Assembly: GCA_050950505.1 (NCBI GenBank)
Contig: JBMNHS010000002.1
Location: 1 to 64,000, forward strand
DNA from: Candidatus Methanomethylophilaceae archaeon
Lineage (GTDB): Archaea > Thermoplasmatota > Thermoplasmata > Methanomassiliicoccales > Methanomethylophilaceae
Length of the DNA: 64,000 nt
Direction: 5' to 3'
Shown: positions 1 to 10,316 of the stretch, piece by piece
How the letters are laid out: every line of letters starts with the position of its first letter
How positions within the stretch are numbered: position 1 is the first letter of the stretch
Notes under the pieces: generated by a model
Told to the model about the DNA's origin: nothing
Databases searched by the model: none
Seen by the model: the letters and a program-made list of their open reading frames with translations, nothing else
Position numbers and translations under genes: made by a program

Positions 1-390
1 CAATTCGTACCAGACCTTGACGTACTTCACCGTGTTGTCCGGAACGCTGATGTTCAGATTGGCGCTGCCGAACTCCAACGATTGTTTCCAGATATGATAA
101 CTCAGTTGTTCGGGATCCCCGTTCACGCAGGACGAGGTATAGAAAATCTTGCTTGCCCCTTTGCCGTTGTTGGCCATCCGGGCGAATCCGTCCTTCTCGA
201 TGACGTTCATTTCGCTGTCGACGAGACTCAGGCGGACATCGTCTTCGGTTATGATGTCAAATTCGTTGGTAACATCCGTTATCATCAACGTATACGAAAT
301 TGCCATCAGTCCCGACACGCATATTATCAGGGTGAGGACAGGTATGAACGTGGCTTTTCTGCGCTGGTTCTCTTCAAGATTTCCCACCAT
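1..390 (-). CDS. Secreted/surface protein with SipW-type-like signal peptide (runs off the left edge; absent from ORF track)
   Basis: ATG at 390, open to base 1: MVGNLEENQRRKATFIPVLTLIICVSGLMAISYTLMITDVTNEFD...; basic residues then a hydrophobic helix; start overlaps the signal peptidase stop. Confidence 0.7.
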   Translation of the reverse strand, partial: MVGNLEENQRRKATFIPVLTLIICVSGLMAISYTLMITDVTNEFDIITEDDVRLSLVDSEMNVIEKDGFARMANNGKGASKIFYTSSCVNGDPEQLSYHIWKQSLEFGSANLNISVPDNTVKYVKVWYEL

Positions 391-943
391 CTTTTTTGTC
401 CCCGGAGTAAATGAGAATAATCTCACGTACGCTATATATGATAACGGCGGCCAATCCTATTAATACTAAGCCCCAAACGAACCATTCTTTGGCCAAAGAG
501 ACCAATTTGCCCGAGAACGGAGACACTCCGATCACAACGCCTTTGACGGCTTCCTGGTAAATGTAACCGTCACTGGTTGCATTGGCATCTCCTTTGGTCA
601 GGAATCTGTAGTCACCGTTTCCGAGATCGTCAATCTCTATCACTCTGTGCACAATGATTTTGTTTCCCCGTTCAAAAGCCAGAACATCCCCGACCCGAAT
701 GTCGCAGTGTTCGTTCTCATCGAGAAGTTTGATCATGATGAGACTGTCAACGGGAATCGTGGAAATTTTGTAATCCTGTTTTTCCCCGTCCATGGATCCG
801 GTGACCACCAGACGGACTTCCCGGTTGCTTAAATCGAAAGAGTCGTCATTGAGACTGTAAACAGAATAGGCTCCCGCTCCCGCCAGCGTTACGATAATCA
901 TAATCAATCCGGCAATCACCACTTTGTTCTTTTTATTGCTCAA
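374..943 (-). CDS. Signal peptidase I, S26B (Sec11/SipW type)
   Basis: VVTGSMD (catalytic Ser), IVHRVI (His), TKGDAN; N- and C-terminal TM helices; TTG start with GGAGGG upstream. Confidence 0.9.
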   Translation of the reverse strand: MSNKKNKVVIAGLIMIIVTLAGAGAYSVYSLNDDSFDLSNREVRLVVTGSMDGEKQDYKISTIPVDSLIMIKLLDENEHCDIRVGDVLAFERGNKIIVHRVIEIDDLGNGDYRFLTKGDANATSDGYIYQEAVKGVVIGVSPFSGKLVSLAKEWFVWGLVLIGLAAVIIYSVREIILIYSGDKKDGGKS

Positions 944-1152
944 TCTGCGGCACCCTCCCGGGAAATATCCGTTTGATATTGCTTCTGATATATATTATCG
1001 ATGTTGCAATATTCTCGTTCAGACGTATACGGAGGTTTGACAATATCACAGGAAAGTTCAGGAAACCCTCAGATAATCTCTGATTTATTTTCAATTCCGT
1101 ATCATTGAAAAATAAAATTTTGGAAGAGGTTTGACTGATGTCTTTCACGGCC

Positions 1153-1719
1153 TCACTTCGAAACCGGGAACTGCGGTAACAATTCCTTTCCGCTGGCTTC
1201 GTTTACGGCCTGACCCAATCCGGTGTACATTGCGACAAGTCCCAACACCATCCCTATGGCGGCGGAGACCTTGATCACGTCCGGGTTTTCAAGCACGGTA
1301 CCGATTGCCAGTCCGAGGAACACTACAGCAAGGAGTCCGAAGACCGCCTGGAGTGTTCTGGTTGTGTTCAGAGTTCCGAAGAACAGCGTAAGGGTCAGCA
1401 GGAACCATACGAAGAAGTACATCGCCTGGGCTCCGGCATCAGGTCCGGCGTATCCCGCGGCCCTGGTGACGTTCATGAACGCGAATGACATCCAGAACGC
1501 TCCGTAGGCGGAGAATGCAACGGTTCCGAAGGTGTTGCCGTTACGGTATTCCATCATCCCTACGAGCAGCTGCAGCAGACCGCCGACGAAAACCATCATG
1601 CCCCAGGCCAAGGCTTCGGTGGGTCGGGCTGTGAAGTCGTAGAACATGACCAATAAGGTCGTCATCCCGAACGCAACCAGTCCTAGTGCGCCGGGGTTGG
1701 CGAATTTAGTATCCGTCAT
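1153..1719 (-). CDS. Acetate uptake transporter (SatP/GPR1/FUN34/YaaH family)
   Basis: FANPGALGL and NTFG...YGAFW signatures, ~6 TM; start reassigned to MTDTKF because the ORF-track extension is a shadow of the neighbouring gene. Confidence 0.9.
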   Translation of the reverse strand: MTDTKFANPGALGLVAFGMTTLLVMFYDFTARPTEALAWGMMVFVGGLLQLLVGMMEYRNGNTFGTVAFSAYGAFWMSFAFMNVTRAAGYAGPDAGAQAMYFFVWFLLTLTLFFGTLNTTRTLQAVFGLLAVVFLGLAIGTVLENPDVIKVSAAIGMVLGLVAMYTGLGQAVNEASGKELLPQFPVSK

Positions 1720-1820
1720 CCCACCGTCGATTTCCAACTTGATTATAAAATCAACGGTGATACTATACGGCAATGGTCGTAAAAAGAAGGTAAAAAGTTT
1801 GATTCGGGATTTTTTCCGAT

Positions 1821-3029
1821 TCACTCGGAACCGTCGATGTAGCTCTGCCAAACCTTTTCCAGATCGTCCCTTTTCAGGGTTTCCATGATGTATTCGGCAA
1901 ACTCGTCCCCGGTGGCTCCGGTGTCCCTTCCGGTCATCTTCAGTTTTCTTTCGAACTGACTGCAGACGTCCAGGGCCATGTCGAGTTTTTTGCTTTCTTC
2001 GGTCTTGCCGATGTGGCTCATCATCAGGGAAACGGCTTTGATCATGCTGCTGGGATCCGCAAACTGTCCTCTTCCTTCCGTGACCATTCTCGGAGCGGAA
2101 CCGTGAATGGCTTCGAACATGGCGTATCTTTTGCCGAGGTTCGCGCTCCCCGCGGTTCCAACGCCGCCCTGTATCTGCGCGGCTTCGTCGGTGAGGATGT
2201 CGCCGTAAAGGTTGGGAAGAACGAAGACGCGGAAGTCGCTTCTTCTTTCTTCGTCGATGAGCTTGGCGGTCATGATGTCTATGAACCAATCATCCCATCT
2301 GATGTCGGGATAATCTTTCGCGACTTCCTCGGCGAGGTCCAGAAACTTTCCGTCGGTGACTTTGACAACGTTGGCTTTGGTGATTACGGAAACGTAACCT
2401 TTGTTGTTCTTTTCGGCAAAGTCGAATCCCGCCCGGAGTATGCGTTCGGTTCCCTGGGTGGTTGCCACGCAGAAATCCATGCCCAAATCTTCGGTGACGT
2501 TGACCCCGTCGCTTCCCAGAGCGTAACTTCCTTCGGTGTTTTCCCTGAAGAAAGTCCAGTCGATTCCCAATCTGGGGACGGAGACCGGTCTGACGTTTGC
2601 AAAAAGATCGAGTTCTTTTCTCATCGCCACGTTGGCGCTCTCGATGTTCGGCCAGGGATCCCCTTTCTTGGGGGTGGTGGTCGGTCCTTTGAGGATGACG
2701 TGACATTTCTTCAGTTCTTCGAGGGTGTCGTCGGGAATGGGCTTCATGACTTCCACCCTGCGTTCGATGGTCAGACCGTCGATCCGTCGGATTTCCACCT
2801 TTCCGGCTTCAATCTCGTCCGCAAGCAGATATTCCATGACTATCTGGGCGGATGCGCAGATGTACGGTCCGATGCCGTCGCCTCCGCAAACACCTATGAT
2901 CAGCTTGTCCAATTTTGAGTAATCGGTCCAATCCCCTTCCTGTTTGAGGCGTTCGACCCTCTCAAGCTGCTCTCTCAGAAGTTTGCCGTAGCTCTCCTGT
3001 GCGGCCTGAATTGCTTTTTCATTAATCAT
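1821..3029 (-). CDS. Isocitrate/isopropylmalate family dehydrogenase
   Basis: GDGIGP, LKGPTTTP, RENTEG, NLYGDILTD, FEAIHGSAP motifs. Confidence 0.9.
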   Translation of the reverse strand: MINEKAIQAAQESYGKLLREQLERVERLKQEGDWTDYSKLDKLIIGVCGGDGIGPYICASAQIVMEYLLADEIEAGKVEIRRIDGLTIERRVEVMKPIPDDTLEELKKCHVILKGPTTTPKKGDPWPNIESANVAMRKELDLFANVRPVSVPRLGIDWTFFRENTEGSYALGSDGVNVTEDLGMDFCVATTQGTERILRAGFDFAEKNNKGYVSVITKANVVKVTDGKFLDLAEEVAKDYPDIRWDDWFIDIMTAKLIDEERRSDFRVFVLPNLYGDILTDEAAQIQGGVGTAGSANLGKRYAMFEAIHGSAPRMVTEGRGQFADPSSMIKAVSLMMSHIGKTEESKKLDMALDVCSQFERKLKMTGRDTGATGDEFAEYIMETLKRDDLEKVWQSYIDGSE

Positions 3030-3064
3030 CGACGGATTATATTGCCCGTCGATAAAGTAGTTTC

Positions 3065-3766
3065 TCATTGCTCTAGGAGTTCGTATTCCTTAAGCATGGT
3101 GTTGGAAACCTTCGACGACCTGCGGCCGACGAAGCTTTTGGCTTTCCGTTCTTCCGGCAATCTTCCGAAAAAGGATTCGTCCGCATGTATCTCCCATTCG
3201 GTGCCTTCCTCATGACAGGCGTCCACGGCGGCTTCCCGGGCGGATCTGAAACCTTCGCCGACCCATATCTCTTCGGAAGTCATGGTTTTCTTGGAAACCT
3301 GGGCCAACCGGCTTTGTCCGTACGATAAACCAACGCCCACTCTCAGTTTCGGATAACCGTGTTTTTCCGCGAAACGGTTGATTACCATTATCACCGAGTT
3401 CACCGACACCGCCGAAACGTAAACCAAATCAGAACCTTCTTCGTTCTCATCCAAAAAAGCCGCCCAGACCTCGCCGTTTCTGAAAGAAGCCTGTTTGCAC
3501 AGGGGGTTTTTCCTCAGTATGGACGAGACCTCGTTCTCCATGACCGAAACCAGTCTCGGCGTGACTTCGCTCTCCCAGGGTTCGGGGAGATCGGTGTTCA
3601 GAATTTTCACGAACATCGTGCTTCGGTCTTCCGGGTCCCCGACGTTGGAGGTGTCGATGTTCGCCATGGTCGTCAATCCGCCCAAATCGGGGTCCAGCAT
3701 GCCTTCGATCCGGTCGATGATTTTGCTGTGTTCGGTTCCCAGCAAAGTCCTGGTGATTCTTTTCAT
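3065..3766 (-). CDS. Degenerate class III nucleotidyl cyclase-like protein (PycC-like)
   Basis: LRVGVGLSYG, IWVGEG and the overall layout match class III cyclases, but both metal-binding Asp positions are substituted. Confidence 0.6.
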   Translation of the reverse strand: MKRITRTLLGTEHSKIIDRIEGMLDPDLGGLTTMANIDTSNVGDPEDRSTMFVKILNTDLPEPWESEVTPRLVSVMENEVSSILRKNPLCKQASFRNGEVWAAFLDENEEGSDLVYVSAVSVNSVIMVINRFAEKHGYPKLRVGVGLSYGQSRLAQVSKKTMTSEEIWVGEGFRSAREAAVDACHEEGTEWEIHADESFFGRLPEERKAKSFVGRRSSKVSNTMLKEYELLEQ

Positions 3767-3880
3767 GTTACCGGATGGAACGTTGTGCTTAAAATGTGAA
3801 CGATGGTCTTCGCCGTTCCCGTTCCGAAGCGGTTTTGACAACGTTTATATTAAGTGCTCCATTGTTGCTCATGATATCAT

Positions 3881-6541
3881 ATGTTGTTCGACAAATTGGC
3901 TGATAAGATTATCAAACATCCGAAGCACATAGTCATTGCTTGGATTATCATCATCTTATGCGCAGCCCCCTTGGCGATAAACGCAAGTGATGTTCTCAAA
4001 TACGACATGCAGGATGTCGCCGTCGAAGAATCGGAATCCATCATCGGACTCAAGATGATAAACGAGAAATTCTACGACCCCGAAATATCCATGACGGACA
4101 GTCCGTTACTGGTTCTGCAGACCGATTCCACTCCGGACAAAGCGGAACAGGGATTTCAGAAAATTGAGGATTTGCTTAGCGGGGGACTGAGTAGTTTTGT
4201 TGATGAGGACGGAAATCAGAAAGTGATTTCATTGATTTACACGGGAGTGCTCGATCCCGAAAATAACGGCAACAAAGGCGCGTTGGCAATCATCAACGTT
4301 GTTTACAACCCCGAATTCAAAGGAATTCAGAAGGACACCCCCGAACTCAGAGAGTATGTCTCGGGAATACTTGCGGAATACGCCAAGACCGAGGGAGCCA
4401 TCAACGTCACTACTTACGTGACGGGCGGGAACGCAATGAATTATGACGTGGAAACCGGAGTCATGGCCGATTTGGCGAAAATCGACCCGGTCACCATTCT
4501 TCTGATTCTGGTTCTGATCGGTCTGTTCTTCCGTTCGGTCATATCCGCGACCACCCCTCCGATCACCATCGGTTTAGCTTTCGGCGTCACCTTGGCATTG
4601 GTGTTCATTCTCGGACCGTTCATGGAGATTTTCTTCATCACGCAGATGTTGATTCTGGTTACCATGATGGGGGCCGGCTGCGACTATTGTATATTCATTC
4701 TCGCAAGGTACAAAGAAGAAAGACGCGCAGGGGCCGAACATGAAAAGGCCCTCAGGAATTCCGTTGTTTGGGCCGGCGAGTCCATCGCGACTTCGGGAGC
4801 CACCGTCATCATAGGTTTCGGTTCCATCTCCCTGTTCTCGGTTCCCATGGTAAGCACGATGGGAATCGTGCTTGCGATAGGCATACTCATCGCGTTGATC
4901 GCGGCTTTGACACTGATTACGTCGCTGATATCGATTTTCGGGGACCGGATGTTCTGGCCCTCCAACGCCGAGACCTACAAGAAAGGCAGCAAGGCCATGA
5001 ACGGCTGGTACGGAAAGTTCGCCCGCTTCGGGGACAAATACTTCCGCGCTTCGGCCAGATTCAGTCAGAGAAATGCCGGTGTCATCGCAGTTGCGGCGGT
5101 GCTTGTCACCATTCCCGCCCTGTACGTGGTGACCACCGCCGAAACCTCCTACGATTTCGTGGGGACGCTGAGTACCGGAGAGTCTTACGACGGATTGCAG
5201 GAAATAGACGAATATGTGGGCGGAGGGTTCCTGCAACCCAACTACATCCTTTTGGAATTCGATGAATCCATCGCCGACGTCACTTTCAACGAATATGGTT
5301 TGCCCGCCATAAGTTGGAATGCAAACAGAGTCAACGAGATAGCATCGCTGACGGACACGATAAGTCCGTCGAACATGGACAACATATCCTCCGCTTGGAG
5401 CATTGTGAAGTGGGAGGATCTGTTGTACCTGGCGGAAGCACAGTTCAATGTCATAATCGATGAGATGGGCATAGCCGGCCTCATTCCTGAGATGTTTTAT
5501 GATTTCATAGAAGGTCACGCCGTTGCGGGCCTCACATTGAAAAGCATGCCTACGGATTCTCTGCCTTATGCGATGATGTCTTTGCAGACATTGGGTCTCG
5601 ATGAGGATCTGTTGGAAGCAATGAATGTCATGATGAACGGCGGTTCATTCGAAGATCTCTTGGGTCCGATGATCGAATATGCTGCAAACCATCCCGATCC
5701 GAATTATCAGCTTACCGTGGCAAACATGGGAGCTCAGGCCGATCTCATGGACTTTTCCATAAACTACCTCGGAGGAATCCTGGGCGGCGAACAGACCGAA
5801 ACCGGTTATTCGCTGAACTTTGTCAAACTGACCGCGATCACGACTTCTTCGGCCACATCGATAAGGTCCATGGACACGGTTTCCGAAATCAACGGCGTCG
5901 TGGACGATTTCGTGGCTTCCCATGAAAACATCTCAAGCTCCTGGATTACGGGCATGCCCGCAGTCACATACGATCTGTCCAACTCCGTCGGTGACGAGTT
6001 CAAGTACATCGGAGTCATTGTCGTTGTGCTGATTCTTCTGTTGCTGTTCTTCGTGATGAAGTCTTACACCATACCTTTCCGTTCTCTGATAACGATAGGA
6101 ATGAGTGTGGTCTGGACCATTGCGCTGACTCACGTACTGTTCACCAATATTCTCGGAATAGACGTTATTTGGCTGGTTCCGATGATTCTGTTCATAGTGT
6201 GTCTGGGACTGGGCATGGATTATGATATTCTGCTTACCACGCGCATCAAGGAGAACGCCACGTATCGCGGAATGGACAACGATACGGCGATTTCGGAAGC
6301 AGTGATTCACACCGGTTCCGTCATCACGATCTGCGGTCTGATCATGGGCGGTGCCTTCGGAACGCTGATGCTGTCTTCTATGCCGATGATGCAGGAATTC
6401 GGATTCTCGCTGTGCGTTGCGATTCTGATCGATGCTTTGCTTGTGCGTACCTATCTGGTGCCCGCAGTCATGCACCTGCTAGGAAAGTGGAACTGGATAG
6501 GTCCCAAGTGGCTTCAGAAAGGTTCCGGCAGAATACAGTAA
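3881..6541 (+). CDS. MMPL/RND family transporter
   Basis: Two repeats of 1 TM + soluble domain + 5 TM; GAGCDY and GLGMDY motifs. Confidence 0.9.
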   Translation: MLFDKLADKIIKHPKHIVIAWIIIILCAAPLAINASDVLKYDMQDVAVEESESIIGLKMINEKFYDPEISMTDSPLLVLQTDSTPDKAEQGFQKIEDLLSGGLSSFVDEDGNQKVISLIYTGVLDPENNGNKGALAIINVVYNPEFKGIQKDTPELREYVSGILAEYAKTEGAINVTTYVTGGNAMNYDVETGVMADLAKIDPVTILLILVLIGLFFRSVISATTPPITIGLAFGVTLALVFILGPFMEIFFITQMLILVTMMGAGCDYCIFILARYKEERRAGAEHEKALRNSVVWAGESIATSGATVIIGFGSISLFSVPMVSTMGIVLAIGILIALIAALTLITSLISIFGDRMFWPSNAETYKKGSKAMNGWYGKFARFGDKYFRASARFSQRNAGVIAVAAVLVTIPALYVVTTAETSYDFVGTLSTGESYDGLQEIDEYVGGGFLQPNYILLEFDESIADVTFNEYGLPAISWNANRVNEIASLTDTISPSNMDNISSAWSIVKWEDLLYLAEAQFNVIIDEMGIAGLIPEMFYDFIEGHAVAGLTLKSMPTDSLPYAMMSLQTLGLDEDLLEAMNVMMNGGSFEDLLGPMIEYAANHPDPNYQLTVANMGAQADLMDFSINYLGGILGGEQTETGYSLNFVKLTAITTSSATSIRSMDTVSEINGVVDDFVASHENISSSWITGMPAVTYDLSNSVGDEFKYIGVIVVVLILLLLFFVMKSYTIPFRSLITIGMSVVWTIALTHVLFTNILGIDVIWLVPMILFIVCLGLGMDYDILLTTRIKENATYRGMDNDTAISEAVIHTGSVITICGLIMGGAFGTLMLSSMPMMQEFGFSLCVAILIDALLVRTYLVPAVMHLLGKWNWIGPKWLQKGSGRIQ

Positions 6542-6549
6542 AACCATTT

Positions 6550-6585
6550 CGGGAGGGTTTCCTCCCGTAATTTTTCTTTTTTTCC
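6550..6585 (+). terminator. Stem-loop plus T-tract downstream of the MMPL gene
   Basis: CGGGAGG-GTTT-CCTCCCG followed by TTTTTCTTTTTTT. Confidence 0.6.
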
Positions 6586-6672
6586 AATCTCCGTATTTTT
6601 CAAAAATGCACCTGCGGACACGTTTCCGTAAGCCGGTGAATATAAAAAAGGAAAAGGGTTTGGGCGAGACGC

Positions 6673-6837
6673 TCATTCCTCGATTGCGGAAACAGGGCAC
6701 TCATCGACGCAGAGACCGCACTCGATGCATTTGTCTGCATCGATCGTTGCGACGTCATCGACGGTGATTGCTCCTTCGGGACATACGTCCTCGCATGCAC
6801 CGCAGGCGGTGCATTCGGACTCATTAACGGATACCAT
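6673..6837 (-). CDS. 2[4Fe-4S] ferredoxin
   Basis: CTACGACEDVCP and CIECGLCVDECP; GAGGAGG RBS upstream of the ATG. Confidence 0.95.
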   Translation of the reverse strand: MVSVNESECTACGACEDVCPEGAITVDDVATIDADKCIECGLCVDECPVSAIEE

Positions 6838-6966
6838 CTTTGATAACCTCCTCACTCGGATACACGAACTCATTTAAAATCGTGACTGTTATTTTCCAAA
6901 CGCCGATGTTTGCGTATTTCCTCAAAACCGTTAAAAGGATATATCGGAGACAAACCATCAACGTCC

Positions 6967-7593
6967 ATGAAAGAGAAACCAAAGGATTATCACAGGTTCG
7001 GAGACCCCAAAGGTGCCGAAGGCCGTGAAGCGCTGGAGTCCATGAACGTGAACCACAGGGAGCTCAGCAAATGGGCAATTTCCTTACTCCCGGAAATCAA
7101 TCCGAAAAAGATTTTGGATGTGGGATGCGGAGGCGGAATGCAGCTGTTCATGCTCGGATCCGAATTCCCCGAAGCCTACCTGCACGGAGTGGACATTTCC
7201 GAGGATGCGTTGAACTTAGCCTTCGAAGTGAACCTTGACAAAATCGAAGCCGGCCGATGCGTGATTGAAACCGCTCCCGCCGAGGAACTGCACTTTTCCG
7301 ATGAAACCTTCGATTTGGTTTCCGCTTTCGAAACATACTTTTTTTGGACGGATCTGAAAAAAGGGATTTCCGAAGCGTACCGGGTGTTGGTTCCGGGAGG
7401 GATACTGACCGTTGTTTCCGAACAGTATCCCCATCCCGACTTTGATGAAAGAAACGTTGAAATCGCCGAGCGGACCGGTTTCAAACTGGTGGAAAACGAA
7501 GAAATGGCCTCCCTGCTCGAGGACGTCGGATTCAGTGTGGAATACGTCACGGTGCCTGAAAACAACTGGGTGTGCTTCATTGCCGAAAAATAA
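6967..7593 (+). CDS. Class I SAM-dependent methyltransferase
   Basis: ILDVGCGGG, GVDIS, FDLV, RVLVPGG. Confidence 0.9.
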   Translation: MKEKPKDYHRFGDPKGAEGREALESMNVNHRELSKWAISLLPEINPKKILDVGCGGGMQLFMLGSEFPEAYLHGVDISEDALNLAFEVNLDKIEAGRCVIETAPAEELHFSDETFDLVSAFETYFFWTDLKKGISEAYRVLVPGGILTVVSEQYPHPDFDERNVEIAERTGFKLVENEEMASLLEDVGFSVEYVTVPENNWVCFIAEK

Positions 7594-8032
7594 AAACACG
7601 GACAATCCTGACAAGGTCTTAAACGCCATGACCGACCAACTGCCGGAAAAGAAGAAAGAGCGGAGACGCGAAGATCTCCGCACGGTCCGCGCTTCCGCCA
7701 ATGCTTGCGGCGGAAAAACCACCCCGGGTCACGGCGGTCCGACTTCCGAAGCGGCCGAAATGCTTTCGAAAAACACAATCGGCCGAATAACCGGGACGTT
7801 GGACATGTACCTTCACATCAGAACCGCGGAAAAGAACGGTTTACGTCACGGTCGAAATCAAACCCGCCCCCGCCCCGTTGAGTTACGGAGGGGATCACAG
7901 ACGAAGCGGCAACGAAGACGCGAAACTCATCGGCGGTCGGTCGGAGAAAGCGATCTTCCGTCAATATCTCACGGATTGTCGGTTTGACGGGGTCAACACA
8001 TTTAATACGGTACGGTACGATATCGCTTACCG

Positions 8033-8845
8033 ATGTTACTGTGCTACTCCGGAACCGGCAATTCTTATTCCGCATGCAAGACGATACAGGGTGCTCTGGG
8101 AGGGGAGATAGGGGACATCGCCCAAAGAGTCAAGAACGATGATTTCACCGTCAGTCTGGAATTCAACGAACCTCTGGGTTTCGTTTTCCCCGTATACTGC
8201 GGAAATCTTCCCGCCGCCGTAAGGAGGTTCGTGGAGAACATCGAAATCGACAGCGACGGTCAGCATTACATCTACGCCGTGTTCACCTGCAGTTCCGGAT
8301 GTACCTTCGCACCCGAAGATCTCTCCGCCGCGCTGGAAACATCGGGATTGATGCTGGATGCCTATTTCACGCTGATAATGCCCAACAACGCATTGATGCA
8401 CATCGAACCCGAGGACACTTACACGATTGAGCAGAAACTCGAAGCGGCGGAAACGGAACTTGACGCCATTGTGGAAGACATCAGGGAAAGAAGGACCGGA
8501 GCCATCCGTCCGGTGGTGGGTAAATACGACCCGTCGGAAAAGGACAAGTGGAGAAAAGAATACGAAGTTGCCAGAACCACCGACAATTTTGCGGTCACCG
8601 AATTCTGCGGAGGCTGCGGGTTCTGCGAAAATTTCTGTCCCGAAGACATAATCAAGATAAAGGACGGCAAAGCGACCTGGATCGAAGCCACCTGCAGTCT
8701 GTGCATGGGATGCCTGAATCTCTGTCCGTACACTTCGATCACTTACGGCGGAAAGAGACCTCTCGGAAGATACCACAACGATGTGTTCTATCCCAAATCC
8801 GCCGGCGTCCGCATGACCATAGAAACCGAACGGGGCAAAGACTGA
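8033..8845 (+). CDS. EFR1-type flavodoxin-ferredoxin fusion protein
   Basis: YSGTGNS and FVFPVY flavodoxin-like N-terminus; two CxxCxxCxxxCP motifs at the C-terminus. Confidence 0.85.
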   Translation: MLLCYSGTGNSYSACKTIQGALGGEIGDIAQRVKNDDFTVSLEFNEPLGFVFPVYCGNLPAAVRRFVENIEIDSDGQHYIYAVFTCSSGCTFAPEDLSAALETSGLMLDAYFTLIMPNNALMHIEPEDTYTIEQKLEAAETELDAIVEDIRERRTGAIRPVVGKYDPSEKDKWRKEYEVARTTDNFAVTEFCGGCGFCENFCPEDIIKIKDGKATWIEATCSLCMGCLNLCPYTSITYGGKRPLGRYHNDVFYPKSAGVRMTIETERGKD

Positions 8846-8895
8846 ATTTAAGTAATTCGGTGTTGGTAGCGTATCAGCCGCAGAGGCGGGAAAAC

Positions 8896-10227
8896 ATGGC
8901 GTTCAAGAACAACGGAAACATACCCGGAGGTCCGGGAAACAAAAAAGGCAGAAGATTCGAAACCATACAGCTTCACGCCGGACAGGAATCCCCGGATCCG
9001 GCAACCGGCGCGAGAGCCGTGCCGATTTACCTGACCACGTCTTACGTTTTCGACGGATGCGACGAAGCCGCGGACATCTTCATGCTGAGAAAACCCGGAA
9101 ACATTTACGGAAGACTCACCAACGATACCCAGGCGGCCTTTGAGAAAAGAATCGCCGCCCTCGAGGGAGGAACCGACGCTTTGGCGGTGGCATCGGGAGC
9201 CGCCGCAATCACATACACCGTTCAGAATCTGGCCTCTGCCGGGGACAACATAGTTTCCGCCACCACTCTGTACGGCGGAACTTACAATTATTTTGCCCAC
9301 ACCCTGCCGCATTGCGGCATCACGGCTAAGTTTGTGGACCCCACGGGAAAAGACTATCTCAAAAAATTCGATGAAGCCATCGATGAAAAAACCAAATGCG
9401 TGTTCGTGGAAACCATCGGCAATCCGAATGCGAATCTGATTGACATCGACGCCTTGGCGGAAGTGGCCCACAAACACGGAATCCCTCTGGTTGTGGACAA
9501 CACCTTCGCCACCCCTTATCTGTTCAGGCCGTTGGAACACGGTGCGGACATTGTGGTGGAAAGTGCCACCAAATTCATCGGAGGGCACGGAACCGTACTC
9601 GGCGGAGTCGTGGCGGAATCGGGAAAATTCGATTATGCCAACGGCAAATTCCCCGGATTTTCGGAACCGGATCCGAGTTACAACGGAATGAAATTCGCTT
9701 ATGACGCCCCCGAATCACCGTTCTGCACAAGAATGAGGGCGATTCTTCTGAGAGACACCGGGGCCTGCATATCCCCGGTCAACGCCTTTGTTCTTCTTCA
9801 GGGTCTTGAAACTCTTTCGCTGAGGGTGGACAGACAGGTGGAAAACACAATCAGGGTCGTCGAGTTCCTGAACGGCCATCCCAAAGCGGAGAACGTCAAC
9901 CACCCCATGCTCAAAGACAACCCGGACAACGCATTGTACGAAAGATACTTCCCGGAAGGTGCCGGATCCATATTCACCTTCGATGTGAAAGGCGGAAAGG
10001 AAGGCGCCAAGACTTTCGCCGAAAGTCTGGAACTGTTCTCGTTGCTGGCGAACGTGGCGGATGTGAAGTCTTTGGTCATCCATCCCGCAAGCACCACCCA
10101 CTCCCAGCTGTCCGAAAAGGAACTGACCGAACAGGGCATCAAAGGTTCCACCGTGAGGCTGTCCATCGGCTGCGAACACATCGAGGACATTATTGCGGAC
10201 CTGTCGCAGGCTTTGGACAAAGTCTAA
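8896..10227 (+). CDS. metY: O-acetylhomoserine aminocarboxypropyltransferase/cysteine synthase
   Basis: [27 protein letters not shown] (PLP Lys), [19 protein letters not shown]. Confidence 0.9.
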   Translation: MAFKNNGNIPGGPGNKKGRRFETIQLHAGQESPDPATGARAVPIYLTTSYVFDGCDEAADIFMLRKPGNIYGRLTNDTQAAFEKRIAALEGGTDALAVASGAAAITYTVQNLASAGDNIVSATTLYGGTYNYFAHTLPHCGITAKFVDPTGKDYLKKFDEAIDEKTKCVFVETIGNPNANLIDIDALAEVAHKHGIPLVVDNTFATPYLFRPLEHGADIVVESATKFIGGHGTVLGGVVAESGKFDYANGKFPGFSEPDPSYNGMKFAYDAPESPFCTRMRAILLRDTGACISPVNAFVLLQGLETLSLRVDRQVENTIRVVEFLNGHPKAENVNHPMLKDNPDNALYERYFPEGAGSIFTFDVKGGKEGAKTFAESLELFSLLANVADVKSLVIHPASTTHSQLSEKELTEQGIKGSTVRLSIGCEHIEDIIADLSQALDKV

Positions 10228-10264
10228 TCCCGTTTCGGAAATTATTCGGTAACACGAATATATT

Positions 10265-10283
10265 ATTGGATACATAACCCAAC
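10265..10283. promoter_or_regulatory. Putative operator upstream of the sirC-hem operon
   Basis: ATTGGATA-CAT-AACCCAAC, similar to the palindrome at 22342. Confidence 0.55.
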
Positions 10284-10316
10284 TATTGAATAGATGGAAG
10301 CCATCATCTTTCTCCG

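Noticed and set aside
933-1148. 71-aa ORF upstream of the signal peptidase
   Set aside because: AT-rich promoter-like region with no recognisable protein features
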